This document shows, in pieces, positions 1-10,557 of a stretch of 22,343 nucleotides of DNA. The DNA is from Selaginella moellendorffii. Lineage: Eukaryota > Plantae > Lycopodiophyta. The notes under the pieces are model-generated. The model was given only the letters and a program-made list of their open reading frames with translations, was not told where the DNA came from and made no database searches. The translations under genes and the position numbers were made by a program. The stretch spans positions 4,562,868 through 4,585,210 of the forward strand of contig NW_003314262.1 in assembly GCF_000143415.4 (NCBI RefSeq), in the 5' to 3' direction. Within the stretch, counting starts at the first letter, position 1. Each line of letters opens with the position of its first letter.

Positions 1-204
1 AAGTGTGCTATATGGTAGTGTTTGAAACAGAAGTCCAATGAGTGTAATATGTTGGACCAAAAAGCTCTGACCCAGAAAGGCGAGAGTGGGAGTGAATCTC
101 CGAATGATGTGCTTAAGGAATGAGCATGAAATGATTAATGAATAAATATCTAGAAAGGGATATAAGAAGAACTGACACATGACAAGTGTTATAATATATA
201 GAAG
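1..204 (+). repeat. ~200-bp block repeated at ~678-869; both copies sit immediately upstream of the LTR-like hexamer repeat family
   Basis: Shared segments such as atggtagtg...gtgct(t/c)aaggaatgagca(t/c)gaa...tctagaaa...ataaga(a/g)ga...aca(c/t)at(g/a)aca are seen in both places, differing largely by transitions. Confidence 0.75.
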
Positions 205-635
205 TGTCAGGATCGAGTTTGAGAAGGAGTCCAAGATGGAGTCTGAGAAAAAGTTCAAAAAGGACTCTAAGAAGGAGTCTGAGATGGAGTTTGAGATGGA
301 GCTCGAGAAGGAGTCTGAGATGGAGTCTAAGATAGGGATTGAGACCGGAGCCAAGACCGAGTTTGAGACTGAGTTTGAGTCTGAATCCAAGTTTGAGGGT
401 GAAAGCCTAAAGTGATCATCTCCTAGACCCTAGGGGTTTGGTGAGTTCCAAAAGGATAGTAAAAGGAAGACTCTAGTGGAACCAGTTTGGCCAGGAAAGG
501 CTAGTGTAACTAAGGAAAGCTATACCCACATTATAAGTGATGATATAACCATTGAAGAGTCCAAGGCTAAAATGAACATAAACAGACAAATGGGGTAACT
601 TGGTGAAGTGTTCAAGAACTAGCTATAGCTCCCCC
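205..635 (+). mobile_element. 5' fragment of ~1.3-kb LTR-like repeat (family A) with GAG-hexamer array
   Basis: Starts TGTCAGGA; hexamer array ~208-400; then gtgaaagcctaaagtgatc...ccagtttggccaggaaaggctagtgt...ttggtgaagtgttcaaga, homologous to 1198-1443, 14560-14812 and the reverse complement of 17225-17465. Confidence 0.75.
208..400 (+). repeat. Degenerate 6/12-bp minisatellite (gagatg/gagttt/gagtct/gagacc)
   Basis: 6-nt periodicity is directly visible; it accounts for the E/K/S/M-rich ORF 179-415. Confidence 0.9.
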
Positions 636-869
636 ATATAAGACACAAATCCTAGAATCCCAAAAGTGGAACCAAAAGGGTGCCACATGGTAGTGGCTGA
701 AGTGAAAGCCAAATAAGCGTAACATGTTTGAACTTAAAAGGCTTTGACTTCAAAAGTCAAGAGCAAGAGTGGAACTCTCAATGAAGTGCTCAAGGAATGA
801 GCACGAAGTGAGCAATAAATGAGTCTCTAGAAAAAAGACATAAGAGGACCAACATATAACATGTGAAAG

Positions 870-2187
870 TGTCAAGATGTACCCGAGATAGACTCAAGAT
901 GGAGTTTGAAATGGAGTCCAAGATGGACTAGAGATGGAGTCTGAGATGGAGTTCGAGATGGACCCAAGATGGAATTTGAGATGGAGTTTGAGATGGAGTC
1001 TAAGATGGATCTGAGATGGAGTCTGAGATGGAGCCGAGATAGAGTCTGAGATGGACCCAAGATGGAGTCCGAGATGAAACCAAGACCGAGATTGAGACCG
1101 AGACCGAAACTGAGACCGAGACCAAGACTGAGACTGAGACCAAGACCAAGACTGAGTTTGAACCAAGTCCGAGTCTGAATACTAATTAGGGCTATGAAGT
1201 GAAGGCCCAAAGTGATCGTCCCCTTGGGGGAGGGGGGCTGCAGGGGGTTCCAAAAGTATAGTAGAGAGTATGTAGGGGTTGAACTCCATTGGAACTAGTT
1301 TGGCTAGGAAAGACCAATGTGACCCAGAAGGGCTATACCCACAGGTGATGATATAATCACTGAGGAGTCTAAGGCTAGAATGAATATAAACAGACAAGTA
1401 GGGTAATTTGGTGAAGTGTTCAAGAGCTGGCTCTCGCTCCCCTGGGAGATTAAATGGTCGATGCTCCCAATCTAGGTGTGGGTGGCATTACCTACTTGGA
1501 TACTTGGTGTGGCTCATTGGAACCTCACTCTAGCCACATGGCTAGGGCACCCAAGGGTGAAAATAAAGAGAGTACCCATAAGGCTTGTGTAGGTCCACAA
1601 TGTTTCAAAATGTTGTTCTAGAGTCCCAGATTGAGGAAAAGAAGAGGAACAGTCCTCTTGTGTGGTGACAAAGGATGCGGTCATGTGGCAAGGAAGTCCC
1701 AAAGGTTGGTGGGATATAGTGGTTGGCCCTGTGGGCCTTAACCCAGTAGCAATGTTGGCAAACATGGTCGGGGGCGGAAAGAGACTTGGTAAGGACCGAA
1801 AAAGGGATATTAGAGAAGGTTGTTCCTTATGTTTGCAAGCATCTTAAAGATGTTAAGAAGTGGATTTAGGATAATCACTCATGGACGGATGGCCTAATCT
1901 TTGAGAAATAGAATTATGATGCAAGTGGTGTTGGACCACCAATGTGACAAATGTGAATAGGCATAGCTTTAGTGTACCGAGCTGATATGTTAGTAATACC
2001 TTTAGGTGTTGGTCATGGGATCGAACACGTGAAGCACTTAGACCAAGTGCAAAAGTTGAGTGGTATAGATACCATTCTTAGGGCTAGCAAATCCTCAAGT
2101 CCAGAATAGAATTTATGAAGGTTGTGAGTATAGGTGGTCAAAGGTGTGGTTAAGTGACTAAAATAGAATGGAAAATTTAGCTACTCA
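870..2187 (+). mobile_element. Near full-length copy of LTR-like family A
   Basis: Starts TGTCAAGA; hexamer array 885-1180; conserved body; ends tgactaaaatagaatggaaaatttagctactca, the terminal motif shared with the other copies. Confidence 0.75.
885..1180 (+). repeat. Hexamer minisatellite (gagatggagtct units, then gagacc/aagact units)
   Basis: Direct 6/12-bp periodicity; explains low-complexity ORFs 872-1210 and 894-1166. Confidence 0.92.
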
Positions 2188-2945
2188 GGAGATCAAATGG
2201 TCAATGCTCCTAATCCAAGTGTGGGTGGCACTACCTATTTAAATACCTGGTGTGGCTTATTAGAATTTCGCTTTAGCCACATGGTTAGGGCATCTAAGGG
2301 TAGAAGGTGGGGAGAGTACCCACAAAGCTCATGTAGTGCTAAGGTATTTCAAAATATTATCCCAAAGTCTCAGACTGTGGAAAGGAAAAGGATTAATCCT
2401 CTTTTGTAGTGTGACCAAAGATATGGTTATATAGTGAGGAAGTCTCAAAAGTCAGTAGGACTTAGTGGTCGGGCATTTGGGCCTTGAACCAATATTAGTG
2501 TTAGCAAACATAGCTATGGATGGAGAGTGATTTAGTAGGGACTGAAGAAGAAACATTAGCAAAGGGTGTTCCTTATGTCTTTGGGCATCTTAAGGATGCT
2601 AAGATGTGGTCCTAGGATGACCACTCATGGATAAGTGGCTTAGTCTTTAAAAGATGGGATTATGGTATAGATTGTCTTGGATTACCAATGAGACAAAGGT
2701 AAATAGATATGGCCTTAGTGTAATAGGCCGAAATGTTAGTGATACCTTTCAGGTGTCTGTCATGGGATTAGACACATGAAACACTTGGATCAAGTGCAAA
2801 AGCTAAGTGGCATAAATACCATTCAGAGAGCTAATATGTCCTTAAGTCGGAAATAAGATTTATAGAGGTTATAAGTGGAACTCCTCCAAATAGTCAAAAG
2901 TGTGATTAAGTGATTAAAGTAGAATGGAAAATTTAGTCACTTATA
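2188..2945 (+). mobile_element. Tandem 3' partial copy (~760 bp) of family A
   Basis: gagatcaaatggtcaatgctcctaatcc...gtgattaaagtagaatggaaaatttagtcac aligns with ~1446-2187 directly upstream. Confidence 0.85.
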
Positions 2946-4315
2946 TCTCACTTTGTATATTTAGCTTTACTCCACTCGGCCTTACCATGTCGGGGTTAAA
3001 TGTTCCATTTAGACTCACTATGCTCATTTCATAATTCATGTCATTTGTCCTCACTCCACTTCTTTACTCCATCAATGGGGCAAACCCCCTTCAAAGAAAA
3101 AAAAAAAGTTTGAAGTGTTAAAATAAAGAGGAAAAGGCAAGAAAAATTGAGAAAGAATGCTTCACATACATGCTCAACATCCAGATTAGTATGAGGAAGA
3201 TGGAAAACACCCAACTTAATATTGGATTACAAATAAAAATCATAAAAATCATAAATGATCAATGTGCCAAAAAAGGAAATGTGCTAGATGAGGAAAAAAC
3301 ACTAAAAATTTGAGGAGACAGCAAAGGCCGAAAAATAAGAAAAATGTTGAGAATTTCTTTTCATACCTATCTCTGAAACAGTCAAATTCCTTGTCAGCAA
3401 AAATCCATTCAAGTTTGTAAATATTGTCTTCCCATAAACTCAATTTTTTGAACACACTCTAAGAACTAGACTAAACAATTCATAACTCTCTAATTGATAT
3501 TATAATCATACTTCATATCAACAAAATATGGTAAAACAGTAAGAATAGAAAAAGTCATGTAATCATGTCTCAGAGGAAGGAGAAGAGAGGAGAGGAAATG
3601 AAAGGAAAGGAAAGAGGAGAAAAGAGGGAGGAAAGTCAATTTAAAGAGGATAAAATTATAGGAATAATGTTAGATGATACTTAATTGATGATGGCATAAC
3701 ATTGGAAGAAGAGAATGCGATAAAGATCAAAAGACGAATAGATTGAATAGCTATAATCCTAAATTTAATAAAATGTTATAATAAATCTAGAGAAGAAAAT
3801 AAGAATGATAAAACAAAACCAAAAGCACAATCTTGAATATTAAGCAAGGTATTGCTAAAAAGTTTTGCTCTCTAGGGACCATTTGTAATGCTTCCTATCT
3901 CCACCAATATAAGTGCTTAAAATATGAGAATAAATATATTAATTGACCCTTGGAGAATGTCCATATATTATACTATTATAATTAGCATATTACCCAAAAA
4001 TGGTAATACATGTATATAAAGTATTATATCTATTTTCCCAATAGAACTTACATCCTTGCATATTCATTAGGTCTAATATTCTACCTCAATTTTCATTAAG
4101 ATAATTTATGAAAAAGCATTTCTATTATTATAAAATATCCTTTTGTAATATTATAGATTTTATAGTTTTACTATATGAATTTTTTATGATTGGATTGATG
4201 AAAATTTGTGTTTATTTTTTCTAAATGGTTTACACAAAAGAAAATATATCTTTATTTAAACATTTAATTTTAATATGATAAACCACTTAAACAGGTTTCA
4301 CATGTTTTTGTCTAG

Positions 4316-4470
4316 GATCACATCACTCTTGGGCATTTTTGCAAACTTGTCCATTGCTTTATCTAGACTTCCACACTTCCCATATTGATCATGGCATTGC
4401 TGCGGTTTGCCTTGTGTATGTTTTCCAGGCAGATCCTGGCATGGAGTTGTCTCCCTCTCGTCAAATCTTT
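4316..4470 (-). pseudogene. PLS-class pentatricopeptide repeat (PPR) gene fragment
   Basis: Minus-strand translation KDLTRGRQLHARICLENIHKANRSNAMIN-[frameshift, ~4-nt loss at MY]-GKCGSLDKAMDKFAKMPKSDVI matches the L/S-motif consensus GxxIHxxI...NALIxMYGKCGSLxxAxxVFxxMPxRDVISW. Confidence 0.8.
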
Positions 4471-4471
4471 T

Positions 4472-6235
4472 CTCGGCATGGTCTTCTCACTTCAGAAGTT
4501 CCGACACTACATACTATCAACCAAAGTCATCCTTTTCGTCGACCACAAGGCATTCCTTTACCTCATCAACAAGCTGATACTATCTGGTTGAATATCAAGA
4601 TGGTTCCTTTTACTACAAGAATATAACTTTGAAATCATCCACAAACCTGGTAAAAATCATGAGCAAGCAGACTATCTCAGCCGGATCACCACTAGCGACA
4701 AACCCAAAAGACTCACTGATGACTTACCTGACTTGAACCTATTCCAAGTTTCAATACCAGCAACCTGGCTTGATGATGTCTTCAGTTACCTGAACTCAGC
4801 AAAAGTTTCGGATCAGTACACCATGTCCGACCAAAAGAGGACTTTCGTCACTAAGACCCGCCAATACTCAGTCATTGGTGGCAGTCTCTACAAACTCGGC
4901 ATCGACAACATTCTTCGCCGATGCATCCAGCCGCCAAGCACAACTCAAATCATCAAGGAAGCTCATGCTGGACCTTCCGGTGGACACTTTGCTGCCGACA
5001 CCACAACTCAGAAGATTCTTCAAGCCAGCCTCTGGTGGCTGACACTCTAGCACGACACTGAAGAATTCTACAAACACTGTGACACATGTCAATGACACCG
5101 ATTACCACCAAAAACTCAAACTCAACAACTCAACCCAACATTCCCGATGGCACCATTTAAAAAATGGGAACTCGACTTCATCAGACCCCAAGTCAGCACC
5201 CGTCGACGAAATCAGTACATCATCGTCGCCACCGATTACACTACCAAGTGGGCCGAAGCAATACCTCTCTGACACGCCATAGCCAAAGCAACAGCAACCT
5301 TCATCTATGAAAATATCATCACTCATTTTGGAACACCACTCAAACTCGTCACCGATAGAGGCCTGCACTTCATCAACAAAATGATTGAACATCTTGCCAC
5401 CGAGTTCAAAATCTGACACAAAACGTTGACACCATACTATCCTCAAGGCAACGGTCAAGTAGAAGAAACAAACAAAACACTGAAGACCATCCTCAAAAAA
5501 GTCATCAATGATTCCGGCAAAGACTGGGATGACAAACTTCTCGACATACTTTGGGCCTATTGAACTGTGTATAAAGTCACCACTGATATGATGCCATTCA
5601 AACTCGCCTTTGGAACAGAAGCCATCACACCAATCGAATTCATCGTCCCGAGCATGTGAGTCACCGTCAAGTATAATCTTGACACCTGACACGCAATTCG
5701 AGAAAGGCTTCAGCAACTTGAACGTCTCAATGAGCTTTGACTCAATGCCCTCTGGACACTTCATACCATCCAAAAACAGAGAAAAGCTCAGCACGACCAA
5801 CAAGCATCTCAGCACAACATTCCAAAATACAGTGTCGACGATCATGTTCTTTGGTACCGAGGACCCATTGGCAAACTCGGCCAAAAACTCCACACCAACT
5901 AGCAAGGACCTTTCAAAATCATTGCACTCTATCCCAACGGCACCGCCAAAGTCAGCACACTCGTTGAAGACTTCACTGAGATCATCAACCTCAACAAGAT
6001 TTGACCATATCACATCAACATGTTCAGCATCAGCACCTCAGCAAATTTCTGACCCGAACTGAAAAACACCCCGAAACCAACAATCAGCAATCACCTCGAC
6101 AAACAAACTTTAACTCAACTCAGTTCGACACAACTCAACTTGACACAACATGAACTCGCCCACCAACTTCAGCAACAAATAGCCACAAAAATCTCTAAGT
6201 CCAAAGCTACCGTTAGATCAACGCCACCTCAGTAG
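4472..6235 (+). pseudogene. pol: Gypsy pol remnant: RNase H C-terminus and integrase, with multiple in-frame stops
   Basis: One frame reads LGMVFSLQKFRHYIL..VDHKAF..RWFLLLQEYNFEIIHKPGK..ADYLSR (RH); EAHAGPSGGHF..CDTCQ (HHCC); KWELDF, TDYTTKWAEA, LVTDRGLHF, YYPQGNGQVE (DDE core); QGPF (GPY/F). Stops are mostly TGA/TAG. The 3' end is approximate. Confidence 0.92.
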
Positions 6236-6429
6236 AACTCAACAGTTAAATTTGAGTTAACTTCATCACCAATATCCACCATTGATCTTCCATTAAGACA
6301 AGTCAAATGAGCTCAATTCGATTAACAAATCTATACCATTCATCACTAGCAATCCAGCGCCACATGATCAGCCAACCAACAGTTACGGGTCTCAGGAACC
6401 CAATGGGGCGAGCACTTTGATCACAGAAA

Positions 6430-8396
6430 ATGAAGAGAAAGATGCCAGCTCATCCACCCCGGCACCTCAGGTACGTCATGCACCATATTCCTAGGCTTCC
6501 CAGCAATGACACAACCGCCTGGCTCAAGGACCATGGATTCGAGCTCCTCCACAAGGCCTTTTCAACACACCCTGACCAAAAGCTGGCCAGGAAGCTAGCC
6601 GCCTCCTTCAACCCCAAGAACAGCACCATAACCGATGGCACCAATGAGATCACCCTCACTCCAGCAAGAATCGCTTCTGTTTTCAAAATCTCCAACAAGG
6701 GACTGCTCAAATTCTCAGGAGAAGTTCCACAGCAAATCATCAAGCCAAATCAAGAGATTACTGGTGAGCTCACATGGGAGGACATCAAGGAACAGCATTT
6801 GGATTCCCTCAAAGCCCTCCTCCTCTACTACGAACTTTGCCCAACAGATCGCACCATTGGCAAGTGCACAGTAGAAGTCTATGGAGTTCTACTCAATGGC
6901 AAACGTGTGAACGTGGCTCATCATCTCCACGAACTCCTTCTCAAGCTTCTCAACTGTGCCATCCTCGCCACACTCAACAAGAACACCATGCGGACAGTAA
7001 TATTCCCACTACTGGTAGCTCTACACCAAGCTCTTCCCAACAAGCAACCATGGACAACCCAAATGAACTCCACAGAACAAAGCGACAACTCTGAAGAACA
7101 ATCAGAATCAGAAGGAGCAACTCCCAGCAAGAAACTGAAGCCAGCATCTCAAAAATCAGGCTCAACTCACTCCAAGCAACAAACACTCCAACGATTCAAC
7201 TCCACTTCACCATGGCCTCACACGCAACACACCAACAAATCTAGCTCGAAAGCTGCTCCGAGAGCACCTCATCATCAGCGACAATGAAGAAAATTCACAC
7301 CAGCTTCCACACTCACACCAGCGCCCACATCCACTCGAATCAGCCCCAAAATTGACTTCCTCTCACAAACAACTCACCATCTCCAAAGGAAAACGTCAGC
7401 TACTCACCCAGGACTCAATCTCTCCACTAGCTGAGAACATCATTCTTACTGCCCCGACCACCTCAACATGCTCCACGAAAGAAAACATCCACTACCTTCA
7501 CTGATCACTTGCAGAACCTGCAACCATGCCTCCTCCAGCAAATGCCGTGACAAACATTAGCAAAAATTCCACCCCTTCAACAAAATTCCAAGCAAAAGAT
7601 TTGGGCCGTTCAACCCCAACAGATACATTAATTTCATTGCCACATCTGGGCCGTTCAACCAGCATCAATCCAAAATGCTCATCTCCAATCACCTCAAAGA
7701 ATCTGGACTGACCATGCCACCCACATCCAATGAAGCAGATTATGCCTCCAATAGAACACAACGAACCCTAGTGAGGAACACAAGAATCATGGAGCAGGAG
7801 CAGCAGCCATGCCTCAGCCATTGACTCAGGTACGCTGTGATTATGACGAGATCAGGAAGGAGTACGAGGATAAACTCTGCGACCCGAGCTACTGCACCCA
7901 CAAGTTAATCGAAGCCCTCAATCAATGCATGCACCGTGAGCAAGCGAACCACTTCCCAACACCAGCCGACATCGCACAACATCTTCTCAAGCAAGACTAT
8001 TTCATATACACTTGGGAAGCGATCAAGAAGGAATTCTATGAGCCCTTAAACCACCGGCTCGACACTCAGCTCAAGGAGATGAAGCAAATCTGCACTGACC
8101 TTAGGGACATCAGGAAGATCATCTCCAAGCAGCCATCAACTCCATCAGCAGCTCACAAATTCACCTACAAATTCAAGTATGAAGAGCTCAACACCCGCTA
8201 CTGGAAGCTTGAGAATGGTCACACCGCCCTACTGGCTGAGGTAGCTGAGCTCTAGAAAGATGGGACAGATCCACTAGACAGTGTCCCCAACCACGAGCTT
8301 ACACTCCCGCAGCAGAAGCGTTGCCTCTATCAACTTAAGTAGCAGCAACAACAAGCAATGGAGACTAACTATGTTCGCACCGAGGATAGTGTTTAA
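6430..8396 (+). pseudogene. Additional sense ORF between integrase and PPT (~650 codons, about 2 frameshifts plus stops); N-terminus resembles plant-mobile-domain / Athila-type extra-ORF domains
   Basis: ORFs 6430-7287, an open frame ~7200-7711 and 7809-8396 join by frameshifts. Motifs LARKLAASFNPKNSTITDGTNEITLTPARIASVFKISNKG and GKRVNVAHHL..IFPLLV; S/T/P-rich middle; helical or coiled-coil-like C-terminus. Confidence 0.7.
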
Positions 8397-8403
8397 TTTT
8401 GTT

Positions 8404-8415
8404 GGGGGAGCAGAG
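8404..8415 (+). other. Polypurine tract
   Basis: gggggagcagag immediately before TGTAT, preceded by a gaggata/gaggaca-like motif typical of the Gypsy pre-PPT region. Confidence 0.75.
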
Positions 8416-9281
8416 TGTATCAACCAAAAACCCAAGCTCAAGGGACTCCGACCTTGAACCTAGGGCTGCATTGGAGCCATAGATTTGATCATGCACAACA
8501 TAAACCATTCATTAGTATATGCTGGCAGTTAGAACTGCCAGCTTTTCAAGGGGGGCAATCCAAATTGTGAATCCCCATATCCATTCATCATTTTCTTATC
8601 AATATACAACATTCATTCATTCACTCATCTTTCTTTCTTAGCCCCTAGAGATTGGGCCCTTTTCCCTTTTGTTTTCTCACTAGCAATAGATATCGAGTGA
8701 AGAGGAGTATCCACACCTCTTCAAAGGTTTAGGTTTATCCTTAGGGTTTGTAGTGCACATGGTTTTTACCCTTTATCCTACTTTATAACGTGGTTTGTAG
8801 CACATGTGGTGATTTACCATAGGATAACCACAAAGCAGAACCTAAACCCTCCACACGTGTCACATGCCATATGCCATGTGTCCAAAGGACAACAGTGTGG
8901 AACCCAAGTTTCAGAGCCTTGGGCCATTGAACGAAGGAATGGAGCCAAACTCCTAAGCATAGAGCCAAGGAGTGACAAAATTGGACCATGGAGCAACTCC
9001 TGAGCATACAGACCAAGGAGCAAAAAGACAGGAGCATAGAGCGACTTAGAACAGTCCTAGAACATCTAACATCCCAATGCCAGGACTAACATATAAAATG
9101 AAGCCAAACAGAGTCTGGTGCTATTTTAGCATATTGATAGCCTAACACGAGGACATAGGTACTCCACCAACTAGCATGGTATGGAATTTAGGCTTAGACC
9201 CTAAACAAGCACATAAGTAGTAGCTAGATTATGCCTTAGGTTGGCAGCCATGCTCGACCTACCCACTATCCCTACTATACA
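8416..9281 (+). repeat. 3' LTR (~866 bp; end inferred)
   Basis: TGTAT...ATACA terminal inverted repeat after the PPT; no second copy in the window to confirm the end. Confidence 0.6.
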
Positions 9282-9630
9282 TTTGGAAACCCCCACATCC
9301 CCCCCCCCATTGAGGAACACACACTTTGGACTTTCACCCTTAGCTACCCTTAGTACTAAAAGTTAGCCTTTAGGACAAACTTGAAATGAAAAAAGCATGC
9401 ACAAACCTTTTCAAGCTTAAGTCTCTCTCACTTATCACAAAAGAATGAAACTTTTTTGAAGGGAAAGGAGCATGGAGATGAGAGGAAGAACAAGCAATTA
9501 ATGTTATAACTCTTGTGATTAATCAACGCCTCTCGCTCATAACCCCATTCATTTCAACAGTATTATTCCTCTCACAATCAATTATAAAATTAATATCTAA
9601 AGCATTGATTGATTGTCTCCTTGGAAAGAA

Positions 9631-9761
9631 CACGTGAAATCTATGTTCATAGTGGATTTGTCCTATAAATACATCGAAGTACTGTTAAAAAATTGATCGT
9701 GACCGTTGATTGTGACCATTGATCGTGACCGTTAATTTTTAGGGTTTTACTGCTAGGGTTT
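9631..9761 (+). promoter_or_regulatory. Putative Pol II promoter/5' region: G-box, TATA, 13-bp tandem repeat, two telo-boxes
   Basis: CACGTG 9631-9636; TATAAAT 9664-9670; (ttgatcgtgaccg)x3 9693-9731; TAGGGTTT at 9740-9747 and 9754-9761. Confidence 0.55.
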
Positions 9762-9944
9762 GAGCAAGGAAGGGCGAGAGAAAAACGCTTGAATGCTTCA
9801 AGATGCCTCTCAATTAGGACGCTAAATGCTTTTTAAGACACTAAAGAGACACTCTTCAATCAAGATATGTCTCTCTTTGCTACTTTTCCATCTCCCCATC
9901 TTTCACTCCTAGCTCGCAAGTAACTTGCGCCTCACAGCTACTTT

Positions 9945-10510
9945 GCACTGGAATGATTGGTTCGGCAGCAAATTGATCTTCCTAGCACATTAGATTTTGG
10001 GTTTTTTTTTGTTTCTTGTCATTCCATTGGCGCTGAGAAGATTGGTTTGGCAACGAACCAATCTTCCCAACACATCAGATTCTGGGTTTTTTTTGTTTCT
10101 TGTCGTTCTATCGGCACTGAGAAGATCAGTTCAGCGACGAATTGATCTTCCCAGTGCTAAGGGAACTTCTTCTTTTCTTCTTTTTTTTTGTTCCCTTGGC
10201 ACTGAGAAGATTGATTCGGCGACAAACCAATCTTCCTAGTGCCAAGGGAACTACTTCTTTTTTTTCCTTTTTTTTGTTCCCTTGGCACTGAGAAGATTGG
10301 TTCGGCAACGAACCAATCTTCTCAGCACCAAAGGAATTGCTTCTTTTTTTTCTTTTTTTTGTTCCCTTGGTGCTAAGAAGATTGGTTCGGCGACGAATCA
10401 ATCTTCCCAGCATTAAGGGAATTGCTTCTTTTCTTTTTTTTTTGTTCCCTTGGTACTGAGAAGATCAGTTTGGCGACAAACCGATCTTCTTAGTGCCAAG
10501 GGAACTGCTT
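9945..10510. repeat. Array of 7 palindromic units (period ~85 bp): ~60-bp hairpin plus T-rich linker
   Basis: Consensus ttcccttggcactgagaagattggttcg-GC(A/G)A-cgaaccaatcttc(c/t)cagtgccaagggaa; copies start near 9945, 10022, 10106, 10191, 10277, 10362 and 10445. Confidence 0.92.
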
Positions 10511-10557
10511 CGTGTTTTTTTAGTGTTTACTCAAGTTTATTTGTCATTTTCATATAG

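Larger units (their letters stand above)
4472..9281 (+). mobile_element. 5'-truncated Ty3/Gypsy LTR retrotransposon (non-chromovirus-like) with extra 3' ORF
   Basis: RNase H end followed by integrase (Gypsy order), a long extra ORF, PPT at 8404-8415, and an LTR beginning TGTAT at 8416 with candidate end ATACA at 9281. Confidence 0.85.

Noticed and set aside
179-1210. Low-complexity ORFs (179-415, 872-1210, 894-1166; also 17261-17561)
   Set aside because: By-products of the hexamer minisatellite.
1182-2409. Short ORFs within family-A repeats (also 15066-15377)
   Set aside because: Not conserved as open frames among the homologous copies in this window.
3570-3635. Purine-rich GA tract as a PPT
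   Set aside because: No adjacent LTR; simple low-complexity sequence.
5102-6013. 303-aa antisense ORF
   Set aside because: It is in exact codon register with the integrase. The A/C-rich sense strand avoids TTA/CTA/TCA codons, so the shadow frame stays open; no recognisable motif.
9945-10510. CRISPR array or bacterial terminators
   Set aside because: Linkers are similar T-rich tracts, not unique spacers; repeats are ~60 bp; no cas genes; the context is eukaryotic.
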